A stretch of DNA of 64,000 nucleotides, from the NCBI RefSeq assembly GCF_018350175.1, contig NC_058383.1:29824001-29888000 (forward strand). The letters run 5' to 3'. The stretch comes from Felis catus. Taxonomy: Eukaryota. Numbering within the stretch: position 1 is the first letter of the stretch; every line of letters starts with the position of its first letter. The position numbers and the translations under genes were made by a program. Positions 48,063-60,113 of this stretch are shown here, piece by piece. The notes under the pieces were generated by a model. The model did no database searches. It was not told the origin of the DNA and worked only from the letters and a program-made list of their open reading frames with translations.

Positions 48063-50579
48063 GATAATGCCATTTAACTGTCTGGATACCTGTAATATCC
48101 GTTGTATTAACTAGAAAAACCTGTAGAACCCACTGCATTTCTTTGGCTGAAGGCTTTGTTCTCTCATTAAACCATTAGCACCCTTGGTAATAGTAAAAGT
48201 TTAAAGCTTTGCACTAAAAGAACGACTTGATTTTACTGGATCCTTAACCAAGAATCAAACAGTGGAGGTAGCATGGCCGATGGGACAAGGAGGTAGGCAG
48301 TGTCACTGAGTGTCACAGGTGGTATTGGAGTGGGTTCCTAGAGGTACCAAACACCAAATTTTAATCTGCCAGTCTTTAAAGGGAAATGAAGAGAACAGTA
48401 TACTAATGGTGCTTTAAGATCACTATTGTGTTCCATTTCCATTTTAGTATTTTCAGACAGAGGATAGCAGATCACTAAATAAACACCAAGTAATGATGTT
48501 TTTATGGCATCCACTCTCGTGGATGGCCTAAGCTTTGTCCAATGAAGGATTCTGTATGGGGAGTTAGTAACTTGAGTCTACCATAGAACACCAGGATCTT
48601 GAACAAGATGGGGTTTTGTCTTTCTACAACATAAAACTCTGTAAGGCAAAGAAGTAGTCGTTGAAAATAAATAAAAGCTTTTATGGAATCTAATAGACAG
48701 TGTCCTTGTACATGTGACGCAAGCATAATTATAGATAACACACTAAAAATGCTGTCCAATAGGCTTGTAATTAACATCCAGTTGACCCTCACTAGGAATT
48801 GCTAAAGATCTAGCCAGTGATTTTTGTTTTCATTTGATCCAGATTTTTCTTTCTTCTATAAAAGCGTCTAAGATCTATGAATTACTTTCTGTATATATCA
48901 TACTCTTCTTGCCTTATGTGGACCTCTGCTGGAATGCTTGCTTCCCTGAGTTAGAGAACTGATTACCAAAAAGTACAGAAAATCTTCAGTCTCTGAAAGT
49001 GTAAAGGCTCCACATTTAGTTTAAATATGGAGCCATCAGCAACTGTGTTGCTATGGAGATCCTTCCTCCCATGTGCTCTGAAACATGTCTGCTGCCAATT
49101 ATCCAGAAATAACTTCCCTATGTCTATGGAATTTTCTGTGTCTCACCTACTGCTGCCTCTGTATTCTGTTTGAGCTTTGGCGGAAGGAGGAGGGCTTTTC
49201 ATTTCTATTCCTTACAGACAGTCAAGATAATTTTCTATGTGTCCAAGCTGAAGGGGATGCCCAACTGTGTCATTTCCTGTGTAACACTATTAAACATCCC
49301 CCTTAGTTGCAGTGGATGAAGGTTATTTATTTTTATCCATTTCATAATCACAGCAGAAGAGACTACCATCTTGGTAGCAGTTGTGGGAAAAGTGGTCATC
49401 GGCCAATTTTACATTATTGGTCAATTTTATGTTATAAACTCTCAGGTCTGTTTTTCTTTTCCCCAGTAGTTTGATGAGTCATACTATTTTTCCATATGAG
49501 CTGCCACTCTGGCACTCCAGCAAGCAGTTAGGAGTTAAGGATGGGACTTGTCTACTTCTCTGTCTGGATTTGGACCAGCCATGCTTGGGAACTAAAGAAC
49601 CTTCATTGTCACTAGGGTAGATTTGAAAGCACTCAGCCTATAACCAATGAGCTGGACTCAACTGGTGACTTTACATAGCAGCCGAATTTTAATTGTGCGA
49701 TTCCTTGTCTTGATTCCCTCAGTAGGTTAGCAGCCTCTGCTGTCGTTCAAGGAGCCTCCTTTATCTGCTGTTTCATGCTGAGCACTGACAGCATTTTTGT
49801 GGTCAATCATTCCTTTCCATTGGCTTGACCAAGTAGGGTCCCAAGAACATCCCAGCTTCACAGAAGACCTCCAGTGTACTTTAGAGACTCGCTTTTCGAG
49901 AGTAATGAAATGAACACAGATCTGTTCCCAAGTGCTAAGTTTAAGGCATCCACAGCAGGATGGAGAACCCAGGATAGTTCTTTGAACACTTTGCCCATTG
50001 AGGGCCCATATATGAAAGGAAACACAAGGTTTGCTTGCCCCCACAGCTTTCCCCCATTTTTACCAAAACTCCGGGAGAAAACTATGGAACAGATTCAAAG
50101 CTATCACTGGCCAGGGCTGAGAGAGAGATGAGGGATAGCAGGGGAGCGGCAGTGGGAGATTGCCCAGGTTTGTACTACGTCCTGGTCAGTCTACAACTTC
50201 TCAGGCCAGCAGATTCCAAGTCTTTCAAATTATTGATGCTTTCCTAGGCCAGAATCCCAGAGACGCTGCACATAAGGGGCTGAAAATAGGATCCCTGAAC
50301 TTTGGTAGGTACAGTGGCGGCCCACACCCCATAGGCATTCAACATGGTAGAAATCACCATGCTTCTTGCTAGCATCACATCAACAGTTTTCTTCTTCCTT
50401 TCCCACACTCTGTACCCAAAGCTATTTTAGAAGGAAAGGGGTTGCAGGAAGGGAATGCTAGACAATGCCGAGGAGGTGGCAATCTGCTAAAGCATTGGCT
50501 ACACAAAAAGTGGCACAGTGGGGTCAAAAGGAAGGTGCGTTTCAAATTCTGATCTTGCCAAACGACATTTTAAGGAATC

Positions 50580-50880
50580 TGTTCTCCAAAAAGCAGTCAC
50601 ATGAATTGCAAAGCTGTGTATAAAAATAGGCATTGCCGCCTTGTTTGTAGTAATGCAAAATGGAAACGACTTCAGTGTCCGATGTAAGAGGATTGGCTGA
50701 AAAAATGACATTTGTCCACACAGTGGAATACTATGTCTGCCTTGTAGAGTAGAGTAGAGCTTTAAAAGGCGACTCCACGCTGGAATGTAATGGTGCACAT
50801 ATGGGCGTAGATGAAATCTGGACACAGCTACAGTCAGTTTAGAGGGAGCAGAGTTTTGCTCTCTATATGTTACATAAAAG
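50580..50880 (+). mobile_element. L1ME fragment
   Basis: cattgccgccttgtttgtagtaa...aaatggaaac...tccacacagtggaatactatg. Confidence 0.65.
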
Positions 50881-51164
50881 CTTATATTGCTTATATAATA
50901 AAGTATTTTTAAAATGTCATGAAAAGTCAACTCCCCATATTTATTAGTTTGCTTGATTTTACAGTCCAAATCATGGGTAAGGATCATGTCTATAACTCAC
51001 TCCGATGGATGCCCTCAGCTCATGCAAAGTTACTAGCTCTCAAGTGTGCCAACCTCACCCCCCATTCAAGAGAGCACCCAAAATGACTTGAATCATGGTT
51101 CATAATATAATTGTGGGGGTAAACTTATACATGCTTCAATTTCCTTTTAAAAGTAAAGGTGTTA

Positions 51165-51442
51165 GGGCACCTGAGTGGCTCAGTCCATTAAGCGTCTGAC
51201 TTTGGCTCAGGTCATGATCCCACGGTTTGTGAATTTGAGCCCTACAACGGGCTGTCAGCTGTCAGTGCAGAGCCCCCTTAGGATCCTCTGTCCCCTTCTC
51301 TCTGCTCCTACCACTTGATCGTGTGCACTCTCTCTCTCTCTCTCAAAAAATAAACATGAGATCATGACCTAAGCCAAAGTGGGATGCTTAATCGACTGAA
51401 CCACCCAGGAGCCCCTCAAAAATAAATAAACACTAAAAAAAT
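51165..51442 (+). mobile_element. CAN-SINE with an inverted SINE head in its tail
   Basis: Sense body; antisense piece at 51355-51415; outer TSD agtaaaggt. Confidence 0.9.
51355..51415 (-). mobile_element. CAN-SINE 5' head only (3'-truncated)
   Basis: catgagatcatgacctaagccaaagt...ccacccaggagcccc. Confidence 0.88.
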
Positions 51443-51495
51443 ATGAGTAAAGGTATCCATAAACTTGATGTCTATTGCAAAAACAAGTTACATGA

Positions 51496-52010
51496 GGGGC
51501 ACCAGGTTGTTCAATCAGTTGAGGGTCTGGCTCTTGATTTTGGCTCAGGTCATGATCTCATGGTTCATGAGTTTGAGCCCCATGTCAGGTTCTGTGCTGA
51601 CAGCATGGAGCCTACTTGGGATTCTCTCTCTCTCCTCCCTCTCTCTCTCTCTCTCTCTCCCTCTCTCTCCCTCTCCCTCTCTCTCTCTCTCTCTCCCTCT
51701 CTCTCCCTCTCCCTCTCTCTCCCTCTCCCTCTCTCTCTCTCTCTCCCTCTCTCTCCCTCTCTCTCCCTCTCTCTCCCTCTCTCTCCCTCTCTCTCCCTCT
51801 CTCTCCCTCTCTCCCTCTCTCCCTCTCTCCCTCTCTCTCTCTCTCCCTCTCTCTCTCTCTCCCCCCCTCTCTCTCTCTCCCCCTCTCTCCCTCTCTCCCC
51901 CTCTCTCCCTCTCTCCCTCCCTCTCCCTCTCTCCCTCTCCCCTCTCTCTCCCTCTCTCTCTCTCTCCCCCTCTCTCTCTCTCTCTCCCTCTCTCTCTCTC
52001 TCCCTCTCTC

Positions 52011-52041
<31 letters not shown>

Positions 52042-52162
52042 CCCTCTCTCTCTCCCTCTCTCTCCCTCTCTCTCTCTCTCCCTCTCTCTCTCTCTCTCCC
52101 TCTCTCTCTCTCTCTCCCTCTCTCTCTCTCTCCCTCCCTCTCTCTCTCCCTCTCTCTCCCTC

Positions 52163-52206
<44 letters not shown>

Positions 52207-52327
52207 TCTCTCTCTCTCTCTCCCCCTCTCCCTCCCTTTCTCTCCCTTTCTCTCTCTCTCTCCCTTTCTCTCTCTCTCTCCCTGTCTCTCCCTTTCTCTC
52301 TCTCTCTCTCCCTCTCTCTCTCTCTCC

Positions 52328-52359
<32 letters not shown>

Positions 52360-52680
52360 CCTCTCTCTCTCTCTCTCTCCCTCTCTCTCTCTCTCCCTCT
52401 CTCTCTCTCTCCCTCTCTCTCTCTCTCCCTCTCTCTCTCTCTCCCTCTCTCTCTCTCTCTCCCTCTCTCTCTCTCTCCCTTTCTCTCTCCCTTTCTCTCT
52501 CCCTTTCTCTCTCCCTTTCTCTCTCCCTTTCTCTCTCCCTTTCTCTCTCCCTTTCTCTCTCCCTTTCTCTCTCTCCCTCCCTCTCCGCCTGTCCCTCCCC
52601 CTCCCCCTGTCCCTCCCCTGCTCACTTTTTCTCTCAGTCTCTCTCTTTCTCTCAAAAATAAATAAACTTAAAAACAAAAA
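51496..52680 (+). mobile_element. CAN-SINE with a ~1-kb CT expansion
   Basis: Head 51496-51621; tail ctcaaaaataaataaac; TSD aaacaagttacatga / aaacaaatcacatga. Confidence 0.93.
51622..52586. repeat. Compound (CT)n/CCCT polypyrimidine tract
   Basis: 965 nt with a single purine (G52284); about 8 copies of ctctctcccttt near 52471-52567. Confidence 0.97.
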
Positions 52681-52735
52681 CAAATCACATGAGAAACAAT
52701 GTGTTGAAGCAATATGTTTAAGAACCACTAATACA

Positions 52736-52857
52736 GGGGCGTCTGGGTGGCTCAGTTAAATGTCTGACTTTTGGTTTTGGCTCAGGTCATGATCTCATGG
52801 TTTGGTAGTTCGAGCCCTGAGTCAGGCTCTCTGCTGATAGTGTAGAGCCTTCTTGGG

Positions 52858-52911
<54 letters not shown>

Positions 52912-52971
52912 CCTCTTGTGTGTCCTCTCTCTCAACCACAAATAAATAAATACAATTTAACAATTAAAAAA
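52736..52971 (+). mobile_element. CAN-SINE with pure (CT)n
   Basis: (CT)n at about 52863-52908; degenerate TSD aagaac.ac.aata. Confidence 0.93.
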
Positions 52972-53073
52972 GAACAACAAATATAGATGGGCAGTCATTG
53001 CATTTGGGTGAGATATGCCAAGGGCTGTGATATCAAGGAAATCAAAGCGCCATCTTTAACCTTAAAGCTGCTT

Positions 53074-53945
53074 GTATCCAAAATCTGTAAAGAACTCACC
53101 AAACTCCACACCCAAAAAACAAATAATCCAGTAAATAAATGGGCAGAAAACATGAATAGACACTTCTCTAAAGAACACATCCAGATGGCCAACAGGCACA
53201 TGAAAAGATGCTCAACATCACTCCTCATCAGGGAAATACAAATCAAAGTCACATTGAGATATCACCTCACACCAGTCAGAGTGGCTAAAATGAACAAATC
53301 AGGGGACTATAGATGCTGGAGAGAATGTGGAGAAACGGGAACCCTCTTGCACTGTTGGTGGGTGTGCAAACTGGTGCCGCCACTCTGGAAAACAATGTGC
53401 AGGTTCTTCCAAAAATTAAAAATAGATCTACCCTATGACCCAGCAATAGCACTGTTAGGAATTTACCCAAGGGATACAGGAGTGCTGATGCATAGGGGCA
53501 CTTGTACCCCAATGTTTATAGCAGCACTTTCAACAATAGCCAAATGGTGGAAAGAGCCTAAATGTCCATCAACTGATGAATGGATAAAGAAATTGTGGTT
53601 TATATACACAATGGAATACTACCTTTTGTAACAATGTGGATGGAACTGGAAAGTGTTGTGCTAAGTGAAATAAGTCATACAGAGAAAGACAGATACCATA
53701 TGTTTTGACTCTTATGTGGATCCTGAGAAACTTCACAGAAGACCTTGGGGGAGGGGAAGGAAAAAAAAAAAGGGCGGGAGGGAACCAAACCATAAGAGAC
53801 TCCTAAAAACTGATAATAAACTGAGGGTTGATGGGGGGGTGGGAGGGACGGGAAAGTGGGTAATGGGCATTAAGGAGGGCACCTGCTGGGACGAGCACTG
53901 CATGTTGTATGGAAACCAATTTGACAATAGATTTCATATTTTAAA
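53074..53945 (+). mobile_element. 5'-truncated felid LINE-1 (ORF2 C-terminus and 3' UTR)
   Basis: Translation contains the ORF2 CCHC region ([47 protein letters not shown]); felid-type 3' end aaccaatttgacaat; TSD aaagctgctt (53064-53073, 53946-53955). Confidence 0.97.
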
Positions 53946-54184
53946 AAAGCTGCTTCAACTAGAGAAGGGAAGTCTATATCGTAAGATAGCTTGTAATAAG
54001 CTCCTGCCTTAATTTGAGTGCCTACATATTCTGAGGACAACTTCCATCTGGGAGACTGGGTGAAGTCTTCCTGAAGGAGGTGTCTGTACAAGGTGGTATG
54101 ATGAAAATTTTGGAGGTATATGCAGGTGGGTTGAAGTCGGGGAGTACTAAGGTAGGCAAAGGTTGTCTTTAGAGGACATTGCAA

Positions 54185-54285
54185 CCTCTCTGAAGACAAG
54201 AGATTTGTTTCATTTGCCCTTCTATACCCAGTGTCTACAGCCAGCCATAGAAAAGGTGTTCAGGATTTGTTGTGTAAGTAACGAG
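54185..54285 (+). mobile_element. L2 3' end fragment
   Basis: ctctctgaagacaagagatttgtt...tataccccagtgtcta. Confidence 0.5.
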
Positions 54286-55457
54286 TGAAAGCACCAGCAG
54301 TAGAAATTGATCTAATATGGGAAACAGTCTATGAATCTCAGGGCCGTGTTGGTAAAGCGATAGGTGTTCGACATTTTCCTAATGTGCTGGCTTCCTGGGA
54401 GTGCCAATGGAGTAAGTCCTTCAACAACAGCCTTGGAACATTGATTATTTCTTGGGTCCAGAGCCCCTTACTGGTTGCTGAGCAGAAGACAAGATCTCTG
54501 CCAGTGAACAGTTGACTGATTCTTCTGTGTGACCGGCTTTTCATAAGTTGCGCATTTACATAGCTCCAGGCACTTAACTGTTTCTGTGTGACCCTCAGCC
54601 TTATTCCTGAGTGATAAGGGATAGTTCAAATTAGTATTCCCCTTTCACAACGGCTGGGATCCTGAAGTGGAAGGACTTGTCACCGGTCTCACAGCTCAGG
54701 ACCGCAGAGCCAGAGAGAAAATCAATGTCTCCCCACCTTGCTTCAGCCCTTTCTACTCACAGAGGCTAGGACCCTGTGAGGCCTCCGTGAGCTGCTTGGT
54801 AAGTCTAAGGAGGAACTGCCTGCTGCTGTAATTAAGGTGTGGATAATAGATTTCTACTCCTCTGGGAAAGAGGAACAAAGCAAACAAAGCCACAAAAAAA
54901 CAAAACAAAACAACCCACCTTTGAGGGCTTTTTTCTGCTTTGTGCATTGACTTGAAGGTTTCGAAGGGTAGTGAGGCTTACGTGAATTAAGGCATGTGCT
55001 TTGTTTGTGTTCCTGGACATAAGGGAATGCAATTTGCTTTATTCTCTCCCCCCCCCCCCCCATTGGAATTCTTGTCAGATTTCTTCTGTTGAGTTCTTTT
55101 GAATACAACCCTATTTCATTTACAGTGAGTAAAACCCTTCCTTCCACGTCTATTTCCCCAACATTTTCTTCTCCAAGTGGTCCAAGACATTTGGGCCAAT
55201 AAGTCATGGAATATATCTGCTGAGGTGTAAAGGCAGGGCTCACCCTTGGGATAATCAAGAAACATTTGTATGTATTTGGTTTCTTCCTTTCCTTTTTCAT
55301 CCTCCTCTTAAACCCTCCTGTTCCCCCCTCCCCTGCTTTTTTTTTTAACCATATACAAATATATCCTGTAACTCCAAGAAAACATTTTAAAACAACTGAG
55401 AGTCATTCATTCAACGGTATTGACTGCAGGTCTACTCTGCGCCAGGCACTTGTGATC

Positions 55458-56110
55458 TGCATCGGCTTTCCATTGCTACAAAACAAATTGCCACAAACTT
55501 AGTGGCTTAAACAAACACATTTGCTAGCTTGCACTTTCTAGGGGGTCAGGAACCCAGGCCCAGCTTAGCCTTAGATCAGGGCTGAGATAGGGGTGTCAGC
55601 TGGGGCTGCAGTCTTCAGCTGATGCTTGGTGTGCAATTAATTCCAAGCTCCCTGGTTGGTGGTAGAAAGCATTTCTTGGTGGTTGGATGATGGAGGTTCC
55701 CTTTGTTTGTTAGCCATTAGCTGGGGACCCCTCACGGCTCTCAGATGCTACCCTCAACTCCCTGCCATGTGACCTCTCTTGCTAACATGGGAGCTAACTT
55801 CTCCAAGACACCAGGCAAGCCCTGGCTGCTGCTGCTTATCTGACTTCTTTTAAAGACTCACCTGATTATATCAGCTCACCCAAGAGAATCTCCCTTTTGA
55901 TTAACTCAAAGCCTATTGATTAGGGACCTTAATTGCCTCTGCAGAATATCTTCATCTTTCCTGTATAACGTAACCTTGTCATGAGGGTGATGTCCTATCG
56001 TACTTGGAATTCCTGCCTACACTTGGGGTTGGGGGAAGGGAGGGGATTATCCAGAATATGTATCCAGGGGGCAGAAATCTTGGGGGTCATCTCAGAATTC
56101 TGCCCACTTA
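55458..56110 (-). mobile_element. MLT1E-like solo LTR
   Basis: acaaattgccacaaacttagtggcttaaa...aatctcccttttgattaactcaaag...gggcagaaatcttgggggtcatctcagaattctgcc. Confidence 0.88.
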
Positions 56111-56584
56111 GCCCTATGCGGGGAAAATAGAACTGTGAGTGAAAGTAAAACAGGCCTTGGTTACACGTACCATTAGTGAGAGAGTCAGAAAACAAGGAAT
56201 AGGTATTGTTAGTGAGTACTACTCTAAGTACAGATTGACATGAAAAATACTATGCACAGGTGGCATTTAGGTGGGATGACATTTATACAGAGCAACATAA
56301 AGAATGAGAAGCAACAGTCGCATAGAGATCTGGAGAAAGAACGTTCCGTGTGGACTGACCAACAAGTCCGAAAGCACGGAGGTTAGGAATACCTGTTCTG
56401 CTTTTGAACAGAAAGGAGGCTGGTGTGGTGGGAGCAGAGTGAAGAAGGAAATGAGATCTGATAGTTAAGCATGGGCTAGGTTAAGTAGGGACTCAGAAAT
56501 CACGATAAGATGTTTTGGAGATGGGAAGCTAAAAGTAATTTTAACCAGGGGAGATATATGATCTGATTGAAGATCTGGGGTATT

Positions 56585-57095
56585 GTGATTTGGAATAAAT
56601 GTATATTCGGTTTTCATCCCCCCCCCCTTTTTTTTTTTTTTGGCACAGAGTTCCTAAAACCCTTGGAATTTGCTAAGTAGTGAGACAGATAAAGCTGTGC
56701 ATTGTTATGTTAATAAGTGACTTTTGACCTTACCTAAGGATGAGATCTGGTTTCCAGCCTTTGGGGAGAAAAGGCTGGAGATTGAGTTCAATCACCAATA
56801 GCCAGTGATTTGACCAGTCATGCCTAGGTAATGAAGCCAACATTATAATAAACCTATGGCCTAGTATGTAAAATGTTTTCCTGAGTTCTGTGAGCTGCTC
56901 TAGCAAAATGGTCGAACCCAGGGAGGGGGTCCTGGGAACCTCCAATCTGTAGCCAATTTTTTAGAAGCCCAGGTGACAACCTGGACTTTCAGTTGCCTTC
57001 TGGGTGTGTGTGTGTGTGTTTGAAGGGCCATCTGTGGAATCTGACGTTATGTCCAGGTAGATAGTGTCAGAGTTGAGTCGAATGGTAGGACCCTC
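56585..57095 (+). mobile_element. MER21-type ERVL LTR, internally deleted
   Basis: ggcacagagttcctaaaacccttggaattt...ctggagattgagttcaatcaccaat...ctgagttctgtgagctgctctagcaaa...tccaggtagatagtgtcaga. Confidence 0.85.
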
Positions 57096-57219
57096 TGACC
57101 GAGGACTGGCGTGGAGGGCTGGCCATGGAGACCGAAGGAAGAAATGGAGTCATATTTTGGAGACTTTCAGAAGGGCAGGAGTTGCTGATGGATGGGATAT
57201 GGCACCCAGCAGGGTCATT

Positions 57220-57335
57220 TCCATTTTAAAAAGGTTAATCACTTTGCTTGAGGTCACACAGTTAATAACCACCTGCAGCAGGTTGTGGATGTGGGTCATC
57301 TAGCTCCAAATCCACGGTCCTGTCTCCATGCTTCT
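57220..57335 (-). mobile_element. MIR fragment
   Basis: ccattttaaaa...aggttaatcactttgcttgaggtcacacagttaataa. Confidence 0.6.
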
Positions 57336-58263
57336 AATTCCTTAGTGGAAGCACAATGCAAACCAGGCAGTAAGTATGGTTATTTGAGATTGCTGAAAAC
57401 ATGGCTGCAGATCGACATTTTTTTCCCCCTTGAAAAAATCGTGGGTGGAAACAGTGGGGGGTTGTTCAACAAACACAGCACATCCTCAGCTTGACTACAG
57501 ACCAGAGTGGGATGATGTTGGCAGCCTAGATCTGCCAGAGTGGAAGACCTGCTCCCTGGAATTTCTCCAAAGGAACCCATTGTGGGGTTTGGGACACCGG
57601 TTGGTTACCATTGTGTTGTGAAAACACTTTTGTCCAATGAGCCAGGGGAGAAGGTAAAGAGGGAGTGATTATACTAGATTTGCGGTGGTTTATGCTTTTG
57701 GCTTTTTATTTGTGAGTTAGGTTTGAAGGCTGAGATGACCTACAGAGTCACTCAAATGATCATAGAAACGAGCTCTCTCTCTCTCTCACTGCCTGTCCTC
57801 CTGACCGCCGAGTCCAGAGGTCCAGAGGAAGACAAAAGCATTTGCATAAGCTCCAGACTGAATGATTTGGTGTCTATTAATCTACATACTAAAGATAATA
57901 GTTTTGTTTTTAAAACAGCCGTAAATGGTACTAACACAGACAGGGCCAGTGAGAAATGAAGGCTCTTATCATGCTAAGTCAGCTAATTTAGACAAGTGCC
58001 ACAGTTTTTTATCTGTTGAGGTCCTAAAGGCTCTTGTTTTCTAATGGCAAACAATGAGATAGATCTGTAAGGATGAGATACACAGGGGGAGGTACCGCCC
58101 TATCCTGAGCAACAGCTGGGCAGATGTCATGTAGTATGTGTCCCTGAGAACAGATTCCAAAGTTCTCCAAGCTTAGAGGGGCCAAGAAACAGCCAGGGGT
58201 AGGGAAGTCAACAATAGCACCAGTGTTTTAGAGATTATGTTATGAATCTGTCAAATTAACATT

Positions 58264-58746
58264 TGTTACATGGAGCACAGGGTGCCAGATGGTGAGCCCA
58301 GGTTCAGAAACACACCACAAGAGAGACTGAAAGAAGTTTATTACTTACGGGTCCTGGGGGAAGTACTTGGCACACCTCAAGGGGCCATATGGGGAGGTCA
58401 AGGCAGAGTACAGACAGAGAAAGATAAAACTTGGGACACTTGAAGCACTTTGGGGTTCCCAGGCAAAGGCTGGATTAGTTCATTCAAACCAGAAGAGGAG
58501 GGTTTTGGGTAAGCCTCATGGAGGTCTTGTCTAAGGGGCACACAAGGAGAGACTGTTGATCACAAGGACGGCTGGGGAAGTCATATCAGGAACTCACATT
58601 TGCTTGTGACTCTGCAGGTTGTTTTCTGGGACTCGTGCTTGCAAGAGGGGTTATTGTCAATTTAAGGTCCCTGAGGATCGCTTGGCCAAACTTTGATGGA
58701 TGTCAAGGCAGCTCTGCCATGGATCAGCTTAGCTAGACTCTCAACA
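58264..58746 (-). mobile_element. ERV solo LTR (probably MER54/74/88-like ERVL)
   Basis: TG...CA ends (tgttaca...tcaaca); antisense AATAAA at about 58336; family call from memory only. Confidence 0.55.
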
Positions 58747-58789
58747 GCTTATTACCACTTCTATTACTGATACAATTCATAACAATTAT

Positions 58790-59010
58790 ATAATAGATGA
58801 GGGCTAACAGTTGTGGAAGACTAATCATGGTCTAGGCATTGTTAATTGTTTTACATGAATTATCCCCTTTGATTCTTCCAACAATCTTGTCTTGCAGATA
58901 ATAGTATTATCTCCTTTAAAGGGAACGGAGGCTTAGAGAGATTGAGAAACTCTTCTGATGACTCATAGCTAACAACAGAGCTAGTATTAGAGTCCAAAAG
59001 TATTTCACTC
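58790..59010 (-). mobile_element. MIR SINE
   Basis: ctaggcattgtt...tttacatgaattatc...ggaacggaggcttagagaga. Confidence 0.75.
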
Positions 59011-59021
59011 TGGTTTCAGTG

Positions 59022-59264
59022 CTTTTTATTTTTTAATGTGTATTTGTTTATTTAGAGAGCTCGAGTGTGTGTGCACGTGCACACACATCCATGTAGGCAC
59101 AAGCAGGGGAGGAGCAGAGAGAGAGGGAAAGAGAGAGTTGCAAGTAGGCTCAGCGCTGTCAGCACAAAGCTGGATGGCGGGACTCGATCTCTGAAACTCT
59201 GAGATCATGACCTGAGCAGAAATCAATAGCTGTACTCTTGCTGAGTGAGCCACCCAGGTGCCCC
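59022..59264 (-). mobile_element. CAN-SINE
   Basis: Antisense copy; degenerate TSD ggttt...tgctttt. Confidence 0.9.
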
Positions 59265-59744
59265 TGGGTTTGCTGCTTTTAAATATAATATAAAAAAATT
59301 AAATGAGTGCCTTACATGCTGGAACTATATGTTAATTCAGTCCCTTTTCTGTCTCTTCTCCCCACCATTTTATGGGGGAAGACGTTGTATCTTATAGAAG
59401 TGGAATGACTTGCCAGAGGTCACTTACTTGTGTAAATGTTTAGTGAGCTGGAAGTCTGGTGGAGATTCGATGGGTTAGGAGAAGTTCTGAACATCACTGG
59501 CATTCTCTAAATGTTATCCGTGGCAAAATTAAAGAATGAAGGATTTTTGGACACCTGAAAAAGAAAAAGCTATGGAAGGACTGTAGCTATGTTTGTTGTG
59601 ACTTTAGTCTTGACCTGCAGAAATTCTGGTTCAGTGGAAGAAAATATCCTGTTGAAATCTGAGAAAAAACAAGTGATTTAAAATCAAGAGGAAATGTTTT
59701 GTTGTTGTTGCCTGGTTACATGTAGATGTTTCCTCATTCTATAA

Positions 59745-59940
59745 CTTTTTTCTTTTCTTTTCTTTTCCTTTCCTTTCCTTTCCTTCCTTCCTTCCTTCCT
59801 TCCTTCCTTCCTTCCTTCCTACCTTCCTTCCTTCCTTCCTTCCTACCTTCCTTCCTTCCTTCCTTCCTTCCTTCCTTCTTTCCTTCCTTGCTTTCTTTCT
59901 TGCTTTCTTTCTTTCTTGCTTGCTTTCTTTCTTTCTTTTC
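59745..59940. repeat. Compound (TTTTC)/(CCTT)n/(CTTT)n STR
   Basis: Seen directly; CCTA and CTTG interruptions. Confidence 0.95.
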
Positions 59941-60113
59941 ACAGAGAATGTGTGAGCATTGGAGGGGGCAGAAAGAGAGGGAGAGAGAGAATTCCAAAGA
60001 GGCTCTGTGCTCAGCATAGAGCCTGATGCGGGCTCCATCCCATGACCCTGTGATCATGACCCAAGCTGAAAGCAAGAGTTGGACCCTTAGCTGACTGAGC
60101 CACTTAGGTGCTC
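59745..60113 (-). mobile_element. Older CAN-SINE with a microsatellite tail
   Basis: Body at 59941-60113; pyrimidine tail at 59745-59940. Confidence 0.88.

Larger units (their letters stand above)
55400..57200 (-). mobile_element. L2 split by MLT1E and MER21 LTRs
   Basis: tcattcattcaacggtattga...gccaggcact; resumes at about 56110-56580 and 57095-57200. Confidence 0.65.

Noticed and set aside
49445..49620. Strong acceptor tttttcttttccccag followed by a ~50-codon open frame
   Set aside because: Only a weak donor follows and the peptide is unrecognisable.
51443..52759. Five overlapping long ORFs (347-438 aa; SL- or RE-rich)
   Set aside because: They are translations of the stop-free CT/GA tract inside a SINE, not genes.
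52987..53631. 214-aa ORF
   Set aside because: It is the L1 ORF2 C-terminus of a truncated copy with a chance upstream ATG, not a host gene.
59726..60075. PSFL / KEGR repeat ORFs
   Set aside because: Microsatellite translations.
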